Below are positions 20,601-34,653 of a stretch of 64,000 bases of DNA, piece after piece. The stretch is from assembly GCA_900617105.1 (NCBI GenBank), contig UYFQ01000473.1, forward strand, positions 1-64,000, written 5' to 3'. The notes below the pieces were generated by a model. That model saw nothing but the letters and a program-made list of their open reading frames with translations. It searched no databases and was not told where the DNA came from. The first letter of the stretch is position 1, and the number at the start of each line of letters is the position of its first letter. The position numbers and the translations under genes were made by a program. This DNA comes from Hydrurus foetidus (Eukaryota).

Positions 20601-21720
20601 GCAGCAGAACATGGTGTGATGCTCTCGTGCGTCATCCTTCTCAAAACCAGAACAATTCCTAAGACCACCTCTGGGAAAATCGCACGGTCTTGGTGTCGTA
20701 GGGGGTATCTAGATGGCAGTCTCAGCGTGTTGTCCAGGTGGGATGCCGCGACGGATGAGGGTCAGGGAGATGAGGAGTTCCTAGGGCAGGAGGCTGTTGG
20801 CAATATCGAGTTGGTGGGACCTTCCGACTCTTCTATACGGGACCACAGACCATCTCAATTGCAGCCAGATACGGCAGGCCCGCCAAGCCGTCTGAGTCAG
20901 TTAGAGGTGCGAGCTCTGTGTGTTGATGAGATCGTGTATAAGCTGGAGATCACGCTCAAGCAGATTGCATCCCAGAGCCCTGCTCCTATCACAGGCAAAG
21001 TGGACAAAACGGCGTCCTTATCTTCCCTTGGTCTGGACTCTTTCACTTTGGTACAGTTTAAGGGCGTTCTTGAAAAAAGGTGAGGGAGATTCCATGTGGA
21101 AATTCTAGATCCGTCCATCTATATCAATGTGTTCTGTACTTTAATTGACCATTTCCTACTTTGCTATGTTTGACTACAATGGCAGGTTTTATTGCGATAT
21201 CCCAGACGAGTTTCTGTTCATGCCCAATGTGAATCTCTTGGACATCGCCAAGGCGGTTAAAATAGGTGGGTAGTGCGATACTGTGTCTGTCTAACTGCAT
21301 GTCTCTATGTCAGTCTGGCTGGCTGTCTCTGTTCTCCGTTGTCGTCACTGCATGCGTGTACTTCTGAGTGTTTGCATTTTTGCACGTGACAGAGCTCTGT
21401 CATCTGAACTTCATCTACCCAGCATGAGGCTTCAATTTTTTACTTGATACGCATCTCTTTCTTCACGTTGAAATACATCATTCTATTCCACGCAGTTAAA
21501 TACAATCAAATTTATGTCCCTCATCAATCCATACGAACGCCTCTCTCATCTTATCTCTTCTGTAGGTGGGCTTACACCAGCTCAGAAGGCTCAGCTAGAA
21601 CAAGGTGCAATGGCGGGTGCACCTGGAACTAATTCTGGAACTGGTTCTGGGTCCGGTCCAAGTACCGTGATAGTGCAGAGGAAAGAGCCGTTGTGTCCCT
21701 GGTTCACGTGCTGCTACTAA
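17664..21720 (+). CDS. Fatty acyl-AMP ligase (FAAL)-acyl carrier protein didomain, multi-exon
   Basis: FLQYTSGSTSEPKGV, SWLPQYHDMGLIG, APNFAY, YGLAEHTVFV, TGDLG, GRSKDLII, PKTTSGKI; ACP motif LGLDS (Ser 21039-21041); GT-AG introns such as 17778-17866 and 18459-18824. Confidence 0.88.
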
Positions 21721-22697
21721 AATGTAATGAGAAGAAGGCTGAGGACTGAGGTCTTTCGGCATGTGCATGTGGGTGATGAGTTAATACGTCATCATGTGGT
21801 GTGTTGAACGGCACCTGTGAAATGTGAAGGGTGGTGCTGCGGTAGTCCCTTCAAGTTCAACTTCAACTTCAAGTTCAGCCATAGCGGCGAATTTCATTGT
21901 CTGACGTCACTCATTGGCAATGGATGCAGGGGATAGTCCTCAAATTGACTTCTCATAGATTTTACTCCGGTAGTAATTTCCGTATCAGCTGGAAGATCCG
22001 ATCATGATTACCGAAGTTGATAGAAATGCATAGAATCGCAATACAATTATGCAGTGTAGTACTGTCACTGTAAGTGCGCTTCACTGTGCCTCACTACTCC
22101 CTCCTGACCCACAGATACAATCAACACGCACAGTACATGTACACCACATCCAGCCATTGGGAGTGCTGATTCTCCAGTCTCCAGTCTCCAAGGGCGTACT
22201 CTCTGTATCAGTTCCATCAATCTCGATCTCAACCTAATGTACATCGCCGACTGTTAATATTTTACGTATTTTTGACACACCTCTGTATCTTACGAATACT
22301 TTTTAAAACTCAATTTCAAATTTCAGTTGCCGTATACATAATCATTTATTTCTCGTATCTATGATTGAATATATTCATCCTTCCAAGAAATTGATCCTTT
22401 TTACCGAGGAGAACCTTGTCATGATGCACCGCACTAGGTAATGTCGAATAAATGGCACATCAACGATGTAGCAACTATGCGGCGTCTCTGTGGGAAATAT
22501 CGTAATCTGAGGAGCCACTCAGCTTCAGATTTGTGCATCACCACAGTAAGACCAATTCGATTTGTCCCACCATTGCGTTGTTCTATTTGTCAACTGCACC
22601 ACGCTCAACTGCACCGATAAGTGAGTGAGATGCTTGTGCCATAAGTTGCATCTTGAAAATAATCTCATCGACTACTATCAACTGATTACAAAAACAC

Positions 22698-24002
22698 TCA
22701 TTTACTGGCAAATATAAAGGCTGAAGGCTCAAGTAAATAGTACCTAATGAAAAATGCAAAAATGGTGCACAAAGTCTGTATCAATAGCAAAGTGATGCAG
22801 AGGCTTCTTTCCTTCATCGGCCCAAAAAGACGCAAAACAGCGCAAATCAAGGTGCAATTGGGACATTCTACATCGTCCCTACGTACTTTAAAAAAGCGAT
22901 GTTCTGTAGGGGTGCAGGGGAAGGTGGAAGCCTTCATGAGTCCCGTCATCATGTCTATCTTAGGTAACCGGTGTCTAGGACAAGGTATAGTTTTGGAGAG
23001 CTGCGGTAATGAATACAAAAAATTGAAAATTTGCGGTAAAAATAAGAGCAAGAGTGTTTTGCTAAAATGGCCGTGGATACCGACAACGGCGAATGTCATA
23101 CCCGCGAAATAACAAAAGGTATCTCCTACAAACACATCTGCTGGAAACCAGTTATGGCGCAGTAGTCCCAGGACAGTTGCAATGAATGGCATGATTATCA
23201 AAACAGAAAACATCTGATTATCCCCAATATGGCCCAGTGAGATATCGTACAATTTAAAGAATAATATACTGCACGCTATGATATATGACTGTCCGCATTC
23301 TAACCCATTGATACCCGCTAAAATATTTATCGCATTGGTGCAAAATACAGCCAATAGACCCATGAATACAAGGAACAAGTAATCCAATTCAATTATTGCA
23401 CCAAATGCGCCTTTATCAACCGTCGCTATCATATCTATCAGTCGACCAAGGATGGTTAAGTTACCATCCATCATGAGAAAAAATCTAAATTGCTCCGGGA
23501 TAAAAACTGCTGTACTCCCCGAGTAGGCACTTAATAGTGGAAGAGATGCTATCGAAGGTAGAATTAGTTTGTAACGCCACTTTAAATCCAGTGTATCATC
23601 TGTGAATCCCAAGAATATCATGAAGCATATGGAGAATAAAGCGGAATTGTAGACCATCTGCTGCTGAAAATTTGTAGCGAAAAGGAGCTGGGAGAGGATC
23701 GCACAAATTAGGAATACAGTGCCGGCAACTATGCCCAAGGCCTCGGGAACGTCATTACTTTCTCTTCTGGTTCCTTTTTTTCCCAAATCTTTTCCTGTTA
23801 GACCTCTTTTGTGGGTGTACTCTGCAACAATGGGAACCAAACAATTAACGAGATAGAATCCACCGAGTGATAGTGCCAACGATGCGATTATCATTTGCTT
23901 TGCGACGTAATCATTGATAGTGACACCAATCAAGACGCATGGAAGAAGAGGTAATATTGCAAGTACATAGTTGTCCATGCGAATCCTGGCGTTCGTTTTC
24001 AT
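22698..24002 (-). CDS. DPAGT1: UDP-GlcNAc:dolichyl-phosphate GlcNAc-1-phosphate transferase, intronless
   Basis: FLGFTDD.LDLKWRYKL, FCTNAINILAGINGLE, VFVGDTFCYFAG, GHFSKTLLL, PCPRHRLP; multiple TM segments. Confidence 0.97.
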   Translation of the reverse strand: MKTNARIRMDNYVLAILPLLPCVLIGVTINDYVAKQMIIASLALSLGGFYLVNCLVPIVAEYTHKRGLTGKDLGKKGTRRESNDVPEALGIVAGTVFLICAILSQLLFATNFQQQMVYNSALFSICFMIFLGFTDDTLDLKWRYKLILPSIASLPLLSAYSGSTAVFIPEQFRFFLMMDGNLTILGRLIDMIATVDKGAFGAIIELDYLFLVFMGLLAVFCTNAINILAGINGLECGQSYIIACSILFFKLYDISLGHIGDNQMFSVLIIMPFIATVLGLLRHNWFPADVFVGDTFCYFAGMTFAVVGIHGHFSKTLLLLFLPQIFNFLYSLPQLSKTIPCPRHRLPKIDMMTGLMKASTFPCTPTEHRFFKVRRDDVECPNCTLICAVLRLFGPMKERSLCITLLLIQTLCTIFAFFIRYYLLEPSAFIFASK

Positions 24003-24454
24003 CGTGAGGCCTCTTCTTCAGGGAGCAACACTCTCAAGACACCAATGATCCGTCGGAAGCAGCTGACCTTGGCTATTTCGATGTCACGCTGTGGTGGGTT
24101 GAGTGTCCTAATAACTAGCTGGACATGCGACAGCTACAGCACAGTAGACAGCAGACAGCAGACAGCAGAGCACTCACCCTGGATACTGGATGTATACCGG
24201 TATACAGTATACAGTGCATGCCGAAAGTCCGGCGGGATCTCATCTTCTCAACTGCACGTACTCTGCTAAATAACTTAGATCACTCATACTGGTGTAGTTT
24301 GGGTTACGAGTATTTCGTCAGACCATCTGAGCGAAAGCAAACAAAATTGACTGCTTGGTACTGGCCTCTTCAGACCGTTGTGCTCACAACTGCCGTTTGA
24401 CGCACTGAGCAATCAACTGCTGTAGGAGCATCATCAATTTTCGTGGCGAGGGTT

Positions 24455-27400
24455 ATGGAAAGTTATCCTCAATTTTTACTGAAGGATCTCAATCCTTTGG
24501 TAAGTCAATTTGTTTTGGAAAGTGCTCTTTTAACATTAATGGATAACAGTCTTGCAATTTCTCTCAACTTGCATGCAGATTTTCGTCACCGGTACTATTG
24601 ATGATGACTCTGAACTTCACGGACGACTTATATCAACTTTGGAGAAATGTAATACTGAGATAGATCAGAGGGATTTTCCTGCGCTAGCTTTCAAAAAAGT
24701 ATCTATTGATCACTCTTACATTTCCAAAAAGAACATCAAGGAGTATCAGTCTGTGGATGGTATACTGAAGTATTCATCGTTGCATAAGCATTTCGAACTA
24801 CTACCATCAGTTGTTGTCATAACTGCTGCTTTCAATATGGAGTGGCAAGCATCTGAATGGACTTATTTGAACGACAGCTTACTTGAGAAAATCAACAGGC
24901 ATAGGGAGCAATTGAAAGGCCGCGATGTGCGAGTATTCTTGATAGCTCTGAGGGTTGGGACAGCCGTGGCAGCACCTGAAGTAATCGAAGAAAAGATGGG
25001 AAACTTGAGGCGTAACCTTACACTAGACAATCACCGCACATTTGTTGTGGTAAATCTCAATGATGTATCATCTCAGCCTCCCAACTCGTCAATGAAGAGG
25101 ATCAGTAAAAGTATACGGGAGTTGTCTTTTATATATTACAACGTACTGGAAAAGAGAGCAAGGTTCTTACTCAAAACAGCTCGCATAAGGGGCTCTAATG
25201 AGGGTATACTCACAGTGCGATATAGCTTTAAATTGGCATACTTTTTGTCCTTTCAGGGATTGAAGTTGCAGGCATTGAAATATTACAGACAGTGTTTTGA
25301 TGCACTACTTGGGATCGTCTATCACGTTGACGAAGACTTGCTTGATCAGCTGAAAGCTGTCGCAGAGTTCACACATTTTAAGATATGCAACATGTTCCTC
25401 CAGAACGGTTCTGTACGGGATGCTATTGTACAGTTTATGACTCATACCTCTACATTCGCGAAGGTTTACTCTGAGCTGGCCTGGAAGCACTTCTCATGGA
25501 TTTGCGACCAGCACATAGTCTTCCTGCAACTCCTGGATATGCATCAAGTCACAAATGCTACACTGCGAACTGAGTCAGTGGATAGATTTTATTTCTTACA
25601 GAACGCTCTCCGGTACTCCATCAAGAGACAGAAAGATTTCCGAAGCACGACATCTCTTCGTGTTGACGATGAGACGGACATACGAAACAGAAGCCATTTG
25701 AGAAGTCTAGTTGTTTCTCCTGCTAAGTACGTAGGAGCGATGCCTATCCTAATCGACCCGGTTCTTGGGTCAGATTCCGCACCTCATCTTCTCGGTCCGA
25801 GCATTTCATTTAGCAACACACTTTCCCTCACTGATCTGGACAATAGTGAATCCAAGCTGACATCTCGATATTTCACAGAGTCTGAGAGGTCTGTTGATGT
25901 CTCTGGATTTATTTTTAAATTGCTGCAGCGCTGTGATGAGTACTTGGACACATGTGCTGTGTGCAATGTGAGGAGGAGAGCCAATGTGGACGTCCTTCTC
26001 GCAGAACAATTTATCGCAGCTGGTAGAGTTGAGGAGGCTCTACCTGTTCTGTTGAAAATCACTCAGCGGTATGTGGAGGAGAAATGGGTAGGTGCAGCGG
26101 TACCATTATTGAGGCGTATACTCTCCTGTTGCATACTACTGGGCAGACCTACAGAATACCTCTCAGCGGCAATCACTCTGTACTCGATATCACGGGGTAG
26201 AGGGAGTGACGGAGACAGTGCTGAGAAAGAGAGGGAAAGACTACATGCTGACATATTATGCCTTCTGAAATGTGATCTGCCAAGTGGACCAATGCCCTCT
26301 GCAACAGGGTTGAATTGCGTATCTGTGGATTCTACAGCACACACAGAATGGTCATTCCTGGGAATGGATAAGAACATTCTTCTTCCGCAGAATGTTCCTC
26401 ATGGCTCTCCTATCATAACCAAGAAAAGCAGTTTTAAGGAGCCTTCAGGTTCAGGATATCTCTATAAGAGAGTCAACTACGGTACAGCTGCTACACAGAG
26501 GCCTGCAGAGGCTTCCCTGTCGATGAGCACACACATAGGTAAGTGGGGGACAGACAAGAGACACTGACTTTTACAACTTTTGTTGTTGCAAGAGTAATGA
26601 GATGTATGGCACAGCTTCTATGAATCTCGTTTGTATTGAGTCGTAGAGCACTGTTTTTTCGTCGTGTCCTTTATATAAGACTTATTTCACCTTTATTACT
26701 CTCTTCCTCTGCTCTGCTCTCTCTTCTCTTTCTCTTTCTCCTCATCCCCCTATCCACCACTGTTTCTTTTTCCTCTCTCCGTCACGTACGTGTACTCCCT
26801 CTTTCTCTTCCCTAGCAATGGACAGTACGATAGGGAGCTTATTCGAAATCTATACGGAGTACTCCCAACCCTCGATAGAGGTGATTGCACCTATCCATGC
26901 CACTATTGATGTTACTACGTGCATTCTCACAACTCTGACCTTTATTGACTTCACTTTCTGTTGCGCCGTACGGATCTCATTCTGCACATCGTTCCTAAGA
27001 ATGGATTGATGCTTCTTCATATCACGTCTCACCGCATGCATCACATCACACCACACAACACGTATCAAATAACACAAGACTATAACACGCCACACGCATC
27101 ACACTATATGTAGCCCCTGGAATGCGAAAGACATGATGATATTGATGAGATATTGGGTAGACGCAGTGACAACTCCAGTTTTCTCGACTTCGTATATTAG
27201 CTATCATCTACTGCACTGCCTCCTTGCACCTCACCCAATATCAAGGGTGCTAGCACACGTATGAACTTCTTCCACTGTATTGTTCTCAGAAGTCGAATGA
27301 TGATGACAACCATATCAACGTATGAAACTGCATCTAATTGACCATTCGCCATCTGTTTTGTTTGTACGGACAGGTGGGCAACTCGGTGACAGTCTCGCTA

Positions 27401-30400
27401 ACAGTAAAATCAAAAATGACGTGCGCAGTAACAATTGACGAGATGATGATATCCTTTACAGGCAACAAATTATTTAAGAAAATAGTCCACTATCCAATTG
27501 GTGTAGGGGATAGTGGCAAGGCAGTAGGTGTTGTCGAAGAGCAGGCATCAGGCAAATCAACTTCAAAAGGCTCTTCTCCTCCATTGAAGGTCAAGGGGCA
27601 GTGCTGTGCCCTGTACTGCAGCAGCTACATGGGCGCACTACAAGGGAGTAGAATGGTCACAGCACTGAATGATGATGGCGGAGACACGTCTGTGTGCACT
27701 GCTTGTCTCTCGATACCTGCAGGCCAGTCAGTGACGTATGCGTTTTCTCTGCACGTCTCTGAGAACGTTCTTCAGTCCCTCCTATCAGCTGACCCATCCG
27801 TGTGTGTGGAGACAGTCACACTCACTCTACGCACTGCTGTGACATTTCCATCATCATCTCTGTTCCCCACCACCGATCAAGAGTTCGGTGTGGGGCCGCT
27901 TGATGTCTCAGCAGATAGCACGTCAGCACTGCCATCACCACCACTTCCACTCAGTCAAGATTCAGCACTGCCTCCTGTCCCCCCAGCACTGGATAAAATG
28001 GATTCAACTGTGCAATATCGGGAGGTGTATCTTGTGATAACTCCATTGTCTCCTATATTCCGAAAAGCCTTGAAAGATAGAGCAGCCAGCAAGAAAGAAG
28101 AAAAAGCAGGGAACGCTTCTGCCACTGGTAAGCACAGTGTGATTGAACATTGGTGTTGTGACTGTATATCGTTCCGTAGTTATTGAACACAATACCATGC
28201 CGTGTAGTTCATGAGACTCCTATTTAATCTGCACTCTTCACTGCACTCTCTTCTCACCATCGCACCTTATCTCATCTATGCCCTCCTCCTTTCTCATCCT
28301 CACTATACTGTACACTACACAGCATCTGTGAAACAAGTGCAGACCCTGAACGATTTCAGAGCATTCCTCGGACCTGAGAACAGTCCCATGGTACTTCAAC
28401 TAACCCGACCCCAAGCCCTCCTAGACCTCGTCCACCCTACCCCCGGTCCTACTCCACTTACCCCACTTTCCGAGAAGGCCGGAGGAAGTTCCAAGGTCTC
28501 CCCTAAACCTATACCGAATGTTACGGCCACGGCCAAACTCCTTCAAGGACCGGTGCAGCGGCTTGACTTAATATTTAAAACAGGCAACAATCACATTATC
28601 AACGGCAGGATCTACCTCTCTTCAGATTTCTCTCCATCATCCAGTAGCTCCGCTCTGTTCTGGTCCCCTGATGTTGCTCCTCTTCTCACCGTCGATAAAG
28701 TGAACTGGACCCCGTACCTTCTAGATTCCATCGCCTACCACCCGATTCTCCTCAACTCTTCTTATCAACCAGCTCAACCTCTCATTCTACCGTACATTCT
28801 TCCCAACACATACTATTGCATTCCCTTATTCTTGCGATCTGAAATCCAAGGGTCTTACAAGTTACGACTTCTTACAGAATATGTTCCTAAGAAAGGACAC
28901 AGCGCTACTGTGTCAAAAGAGGTAGAGTTGAATGTTTCGTTCCTAAAACCTTTGAACATGAATTTCTCCCTCAGTTCTGAGCGTGAGGCACAGTGCGGTG
29001 TGGTGCGTGAAGGCTTTATGTCCACCTTATTAGAAGGTGACATGGTCAACATGGCAGCGTCACTGGGTTGCGCAAACGCACTAGGAGAGGAGATACAGAT
29101 ATTGGGTATGACATTCATGCAACCCCCTCAAGTTGCTCAAACAGAAGACTACTACGACGACAACAGCAACATCAACGACGCTGAGAATGATCAAGAAGCC
29201 TTGGAGTCCCCTACTAAATTGCTACCTCATCTATTCAGACTGGCGGATGGAGCTGCATCCATCAACTTATTCCACCCCGTTGTCCCCATCCCCGCTCCGG
29301 TCTCCACTGCTAACCTTCCCACTGCATCTCCTTCAGACGACATCACAGCTCCGAGCAGCTCGAGTGATGGCGCAGTTGAAAGCTTGGAGGGTGGTGACAA
29401 ACTAAACGGATATGTCGCCGTGACACAATTGGACAACAAAAGTGCACCTCACCTCGGAGGGGCCTTGGATCTAACATCTGGAACGAGCACTATCCCTCCA
29501 GTCATCACCGAAAGAAGTGAAGTGTTGCTGAAGAAGGGCGAGGTGTACGTATGCAGTACGGACATCCAGTGTGTGGAGTCCAGCACCGTTCCGTCCCTCC
29601 CTTTCACCGTGCAGATCGCTAGTATGGGAGATCTCTACGTAGACTGGAGACTGCATAATGACCGCATACTTAGTCCCCCTGATCTATCCCGTTGGGTACG
29701 GTCCAAAGACACACGTACGTCACAAGCAAGTGCGTCATTCGACTGGCTGCTGCAGTGGGGTCCCTTGAATCCCCCCAAAGAGGACCCTTCTGAAAACAGT
29801 GTCAGCGCGATAGACCGCAGAACGTCTACCACCAGGGTGTGCGGTATGGTGTTCTCCGTCCCCAGGGTAAAGATATCCCCCGCCCCCTTCACAGTGACGA
29901 TAAACCTCGCCACTACATGTCGTAGAAATGAAGTGCTTCCCTTGGAGATCGTGATAAACAACAAGTTGTGGACACCAGAACATCTCTCCCTCGCCATTGA
30001 CATACGCATGAACAACACTACTGCTCCAAGTTCAAGTGCTGGTAGCAGCGGAACCAGGACCGAGGGTGTGTCAGATTCCACACCCAGCTCTGCCTCGGCA
30101 TCGGGTCCAGGGTCCACCTCTTGTGGATTCCTAGTGGTGGGCAATGCGTCCTCTCTCTTAGATGTGAGTAAAGAATGTCCGTAACGTACGTGTTCGAAAT
30201 ATCGTATTGTGTAATATGTTTAGCTGATTCTTTAATGTTGAGGATGAATGTCTGGGTAGTTGTTCCCTTGACCAATTAAATACTTTGCCTTTAGCCCAGT
30301 CATCCCCTATCTGCCTGCAAGTAATGTGCTTGAGTCCTCGTCATCGACTGATTTCATCCGTATCTCCTCCCCTTTCCTCTCCTCTCCTCTCACTAGATAT

Positions 30401-30558
30401 CCCCCAAGGGCGTGTACACTATTTCTCTGTCTCTTGTACCACTGCAGACAGGGTTCCTCAGTCTGCCCCATGTATGCGTGACGTGGGAGAGGAACAGCGC
30501 TGTGGTGGTGGACCTCAGCACTCAGAACGCTCCGAAGTACGTCTTCGTGCGCCCCTGA
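24455..30558 (+). CDS. TRAPPC11: TRAPP III subunit 11 (foie gras/gryzun), multi-exon
   Basis: MESYP.FLL start, DGILK...HKHFELLPSVVV, RYSFKLAYF, W..F.WI..Q..VF; last exon LVPLQTGFLSLP...VFVRP*. Confidence 0.85.
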
Positions 30559-31366
30559 AATTGAAATGTTACATCAAGATATGCGAGTTGTGCTGGATGA
30601 TCAAGAGAAGTGGGTAGACAAAATGGAAGGGTCCGGTCGAAACGGGTCGGGCCGGATTTGGGGTCCCGCCATAATTACTCATTTGAATCTTCACAACCAC
30701 CCCTCATTACCGAAAACGAAATTACATGTGATACTTTTGATTGATTTCTACGATAATTGCGATTGTAAACATTGACTTATTGTTCGTCATCCCGTTGGCT
30801 TGATTTACTGCAGCGGTGAGGAAATACGTTACATCAGTAGATCATACCGATTGTGAGCCAGAGTGCAGCAATGACGACGATAGAGCGTGCATCCGGTTGT
30901 CAAATGGAGAGATAGTGCAGACACAGTCGAGTCGGATGGACTGTGCCCTTTGATTAAAGGAGCATAGGCTTCTACATATCTTCACTCTATGTCATCATAT
31001 TGGCAATGGTTGATGGGCTGAAAGGATATCGGATAATGCTTGCTGGACAGCTTTCTCCACCATTCACCTACTAGGAAATGCAAAAAAGATATACATAGGG
31101 CACTGCGAAGTTGCTTAATTGTGCTGAATCTACTTGTAATGTGATAGGGAGACTGCATACTAACAAAAAGTTTCCATACATCATATACTCAGCAATCCAA
31201 TCCGAGCCTGACCGAGTCGATTACGAGAATACGAATGATTTAGCCTGCGAGTTCTCTGTATGCTACAGGCTAAGTAAGGCCAGCACTTCATCTCTGTGGC
31301 CGATATCAGATGGACTTGAGTCGACTCAGGTGTGTCGGTGTCTGTCTTTCTAGTCAAGAGGGGCGC

Positions 31367-32646
31367 TTAGTGCGCTGCTGCGCCCTTGCGTGTCGACTCG
31401 CATCGCCAGTCAGAAGCACTCGAAAATATGGGAATGTAATTTGCAATTTGATCTTTTCTTCTCTGTAGAATGCACTCTGAGATCCACACTAAGTTTCTGA
31501 TCTCTTGCTCCTTCAGTTTTATGTACGCGTAGAACACACCCATGTGCATCTGTGACTCGAAGGCAAGTTCGTACAATCTGACCTCTCCCTTGTAGAACTC
31601 GTCATCGATGGAGAACTCATCAGGTGAGGCGTTGAGAAACTTGTCGAATATAGCTCTGTAGAAGGGGTAGGAAGAGAGGGCCTGCACCAGCTTGGAATCC
31701 TCGTCCACCTTTGTGAGCAGTTCCGTCCCTGCGGGATAGAGCTCCCCGATAGAGGGGTACAAGCGCCTACGGTCAGTCTCGCGCATCGTAGGATCATTGA
31801 GTGGTGTCCCAAATGAATTCAATGTAATGTTGATTGCGTTTCTGTCCGCTTTGGCGCGCAGCAATGAGCACATCACCTCCGCAGTGTCACCTCCCATTTT
31901 AATGCAGAGACTGTAGAAATCCTCAAGGTAAAGCTTCATCAATGAATTCTTCAGTATCTCGATCTGCACCTCCTCTAGCACATTTCTCACTTCTGACGCG
32001 GCACTCACGGCGGAGGATGTCTGGTCTAGAAATTTCTGGAAATACGGGCCTACAGGTGTATCTACAAGTACTGTCTCATACAATTCGGCATATCCCCTCG
32101 CATTGGCCTCAAAGGATGGAATGTGGCGCATCGTTGATTCCTTGAACATGCCTAGAGGGTGGCACTGGGCGATGAGCTCATTTACATTGCGACCGCTCAA
32201 TGTTCCTCTGAGAAGGAGCATGACATTCTCAATCATGTACTCGTAGGTAATGTAATCTAAAAATGTCGACAAGGGCTCGACAGAGTTCGCTCTTAAATAA
32301 AAGAACTCTGTGACCATCTTGTTCAGGCATCTGGCCTCTAATATGGCTGGTGAGATGGTAGAATCGTTAGAGAGTAACGGGCCGAAGTCAGTCTCTTGCA
32401 GATTCAGTTTGACATCCTGGGTCAAATTTAATTTTTTTATAGAGATTCTTAGTTGATTTGCGAAAGAATAGGGTACAGGCTTTGACGCATTACCTCTAAG
32501 TTCTCGCACTGTGTCAAGTGATGATAGTCGGAGTCAGTTAAAAATCCAGATCGCATTCCTCTTACAAGCGCCTCGACGAAACCGTGGGCCATGTTGAACG
32601 TGGACATGCCCCCGAGAATGGAGATGCTGGGAGTAGGAGCACTCAT
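31367..32646 (-). CDS. ATP6V0D: V-type ATPase V0 subunit d, two exons
   Basis: FNMAHGFVEALVRG.RSGFL...QCENLE joined to DVKLNLQETD; CHPLG.F; KLYLEDFY; KLKEQEIRNLVWISECI. Confidence 0.97.
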
Positions 32647-33406
32647 GTCAACGAAGCCTTATAGGAAAAATTACAGATGCTGCAGGTTGTTGGTAATGTC
32701 GGAAGGTCTGCTGTAGGATAATGCTTTTTGGCAGAGACTTGGACTTGACATGCCATTGTTACATACGACACTCAACTTCTGGCCGTTATGGTCTACTGAA
32801 TGTTACGGCTTTACCGGTATCTTCATAACACTCGTCCCCATCAGATCGGAGTGTCTTTCTGCCAAAAATTGAGAAGAAGACTCGACGAATATAATGAAAT
32901 AAAATTATTGCGTGCTGTCGGTCTGCTTATCATGGCCTAGATGTCTCCTTATCAAAAATTGAACTTATCGCATAATTTTTGCTGAACGTATTAAATGGAA
33001 TGGTTGTTGTGCGGTCTGTGGATATTCCACCACTCTCTAATACCGGATAAAAAATAAGTGAGGCCACTACTTTGAAAATCATGTCTTCGAGAAAATTGCA
33101 GTATTGCATAAGGACGATGGCAGTTGGTTGCGCACTGGGCGTCGCTTAAATATGTATGTTGGTAGCGTGCGTTGATGAAACTGCCGAAGCGAGGAGAAAT
33201 GTACATCAGTTCAACAGACATTATGCGCGACATCGTATACATGGGCTGGAGACAATCTCATACTCATGCGGTGAGTACGTCCTCTTCGCAGTATAGTTGT
33301 AAGTACGTACGTCCTCTTCGTAGTATAGTTGTAAGTACAGTACAGTATATTTACAAGACAGTCATGGTGGAAGTGAGACATTTCTAAGAACTAATAGTGG
33401 ACCCCT

Positions 33407-34653
33407 CTAATGATCATCATCATCTCCGACAGAATCAGGTTCGTATTTCTCTAAACGTCTTCTCAAATCCCTGATGTTACCACTCTGAGTCTGCATCAGC
33501 TGTTTCATCTGTCTAAATTGTGCAGTGTCCATTACTCGCTTCTCACCCTCTTCCCTGCAATCAGATAATGAATTCTCTAACTTCCGTATTTTTTCTCTGT
33601 CAATTAAAGATGAATCGTCATTTCTTTTTCCCTCTGATGCTACATTCTCAGATCTCATGGTATTCATTTGACGCTCCATCTGACCGAGTTTTCTCTGAAG
33701 AGCATCAACCTGTGTGTTGACGACAGCATGACAATTATAAACTAAATTTGGACAGCATAGAAAATATTTGTGGGGGCTTTGACCAAAAATGAAAAGGGGA
33801 AAAGGCTTAGTATATCCAACGCACAGACTCTCTAATCATTACTTTTACCTCATCTTGAAGCTGTGTGTTTTTCTTTTCCAATCTGTTCGATTCTTCTTTC
33901 GAAGCCTTTACATCGTCTTTGAAGGAAGACTGAGATATGATAAATATCCAAAAAAAACGATTCAGATAATCTAGAAGTCTAGTAAATGTGAATAAAGCTA
34001 AATTCTGATTGATCCTATGGTGGTAGCGGTAAGACAGGACGTACCAGTGCATTGACATTTCTTCGTGCTGCGGGTGGAAGGCTCTCCAATCCCATTTTTT
34101 CTATCGCTTGAAGTAGTGACTGATAAAAAGATATGAAAATTCATCAAGTCTTGTTTTCAGTTAATAAAGACGTGAGTGGCTCACTGCGAATTCATGAATT
34201 CGTAGAAGCACACAGATACACTCCCCCAAAAGTTCTCCTCGTATCTTATCAAACTGACCTGATTTTCCACTGCTGCAGTCTCTAGCGTTATTTGAATTCC
34301 TTTGTCTTGAGCACTTTCTAGGAGCTGACTGACGGCCAATGCACCCATATTGATGAGTACTCCCACCTCAGCGCCAACATTATTCTAGAGTCACGGAGTT
34401 ATTGTTAGTTCCCATTTAGTCATCATGAAGTTGTTTCTCCACTAGAACTCACTTTAACAGCGGATGCAAGAAATTCACAGAAATCCTCTACGTCTTCTCT
34501 GGAATACATGTCGCCGTTTAATTTGTCTGCTTTCGCATCAGCGAATTCAACATTTATGGTTCGTAACAAACAGTCCTTCTTCTGCGCGAAGAATCTGAGA
34601 TATTTCTTTAGCTGATCATGATTTTCAGCGGTTAAAGACTCGAAAGGATTCAT
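33407..34653 (-). CDS. LZTFL1: Leucine zipper transcription factor-like 1 (BBS17), multi-exon
   Basis: N-terminal HDQLKKYLRFFAQKK...KL..DMYSREDV; LETAAVENQ; C-terminal TAQFRQMKQLM...IRDLRRRLEKYEPD resembles the animal LZTFL1 end. Confidence 0.85.

Noticed and set aside
33275..33338. 32-bp tandem duplication near the LZTFL1 3' end
   Set aside because: Two copies with one mismatch and no TIR/TSD or coding signal; an ordinary local duplication.
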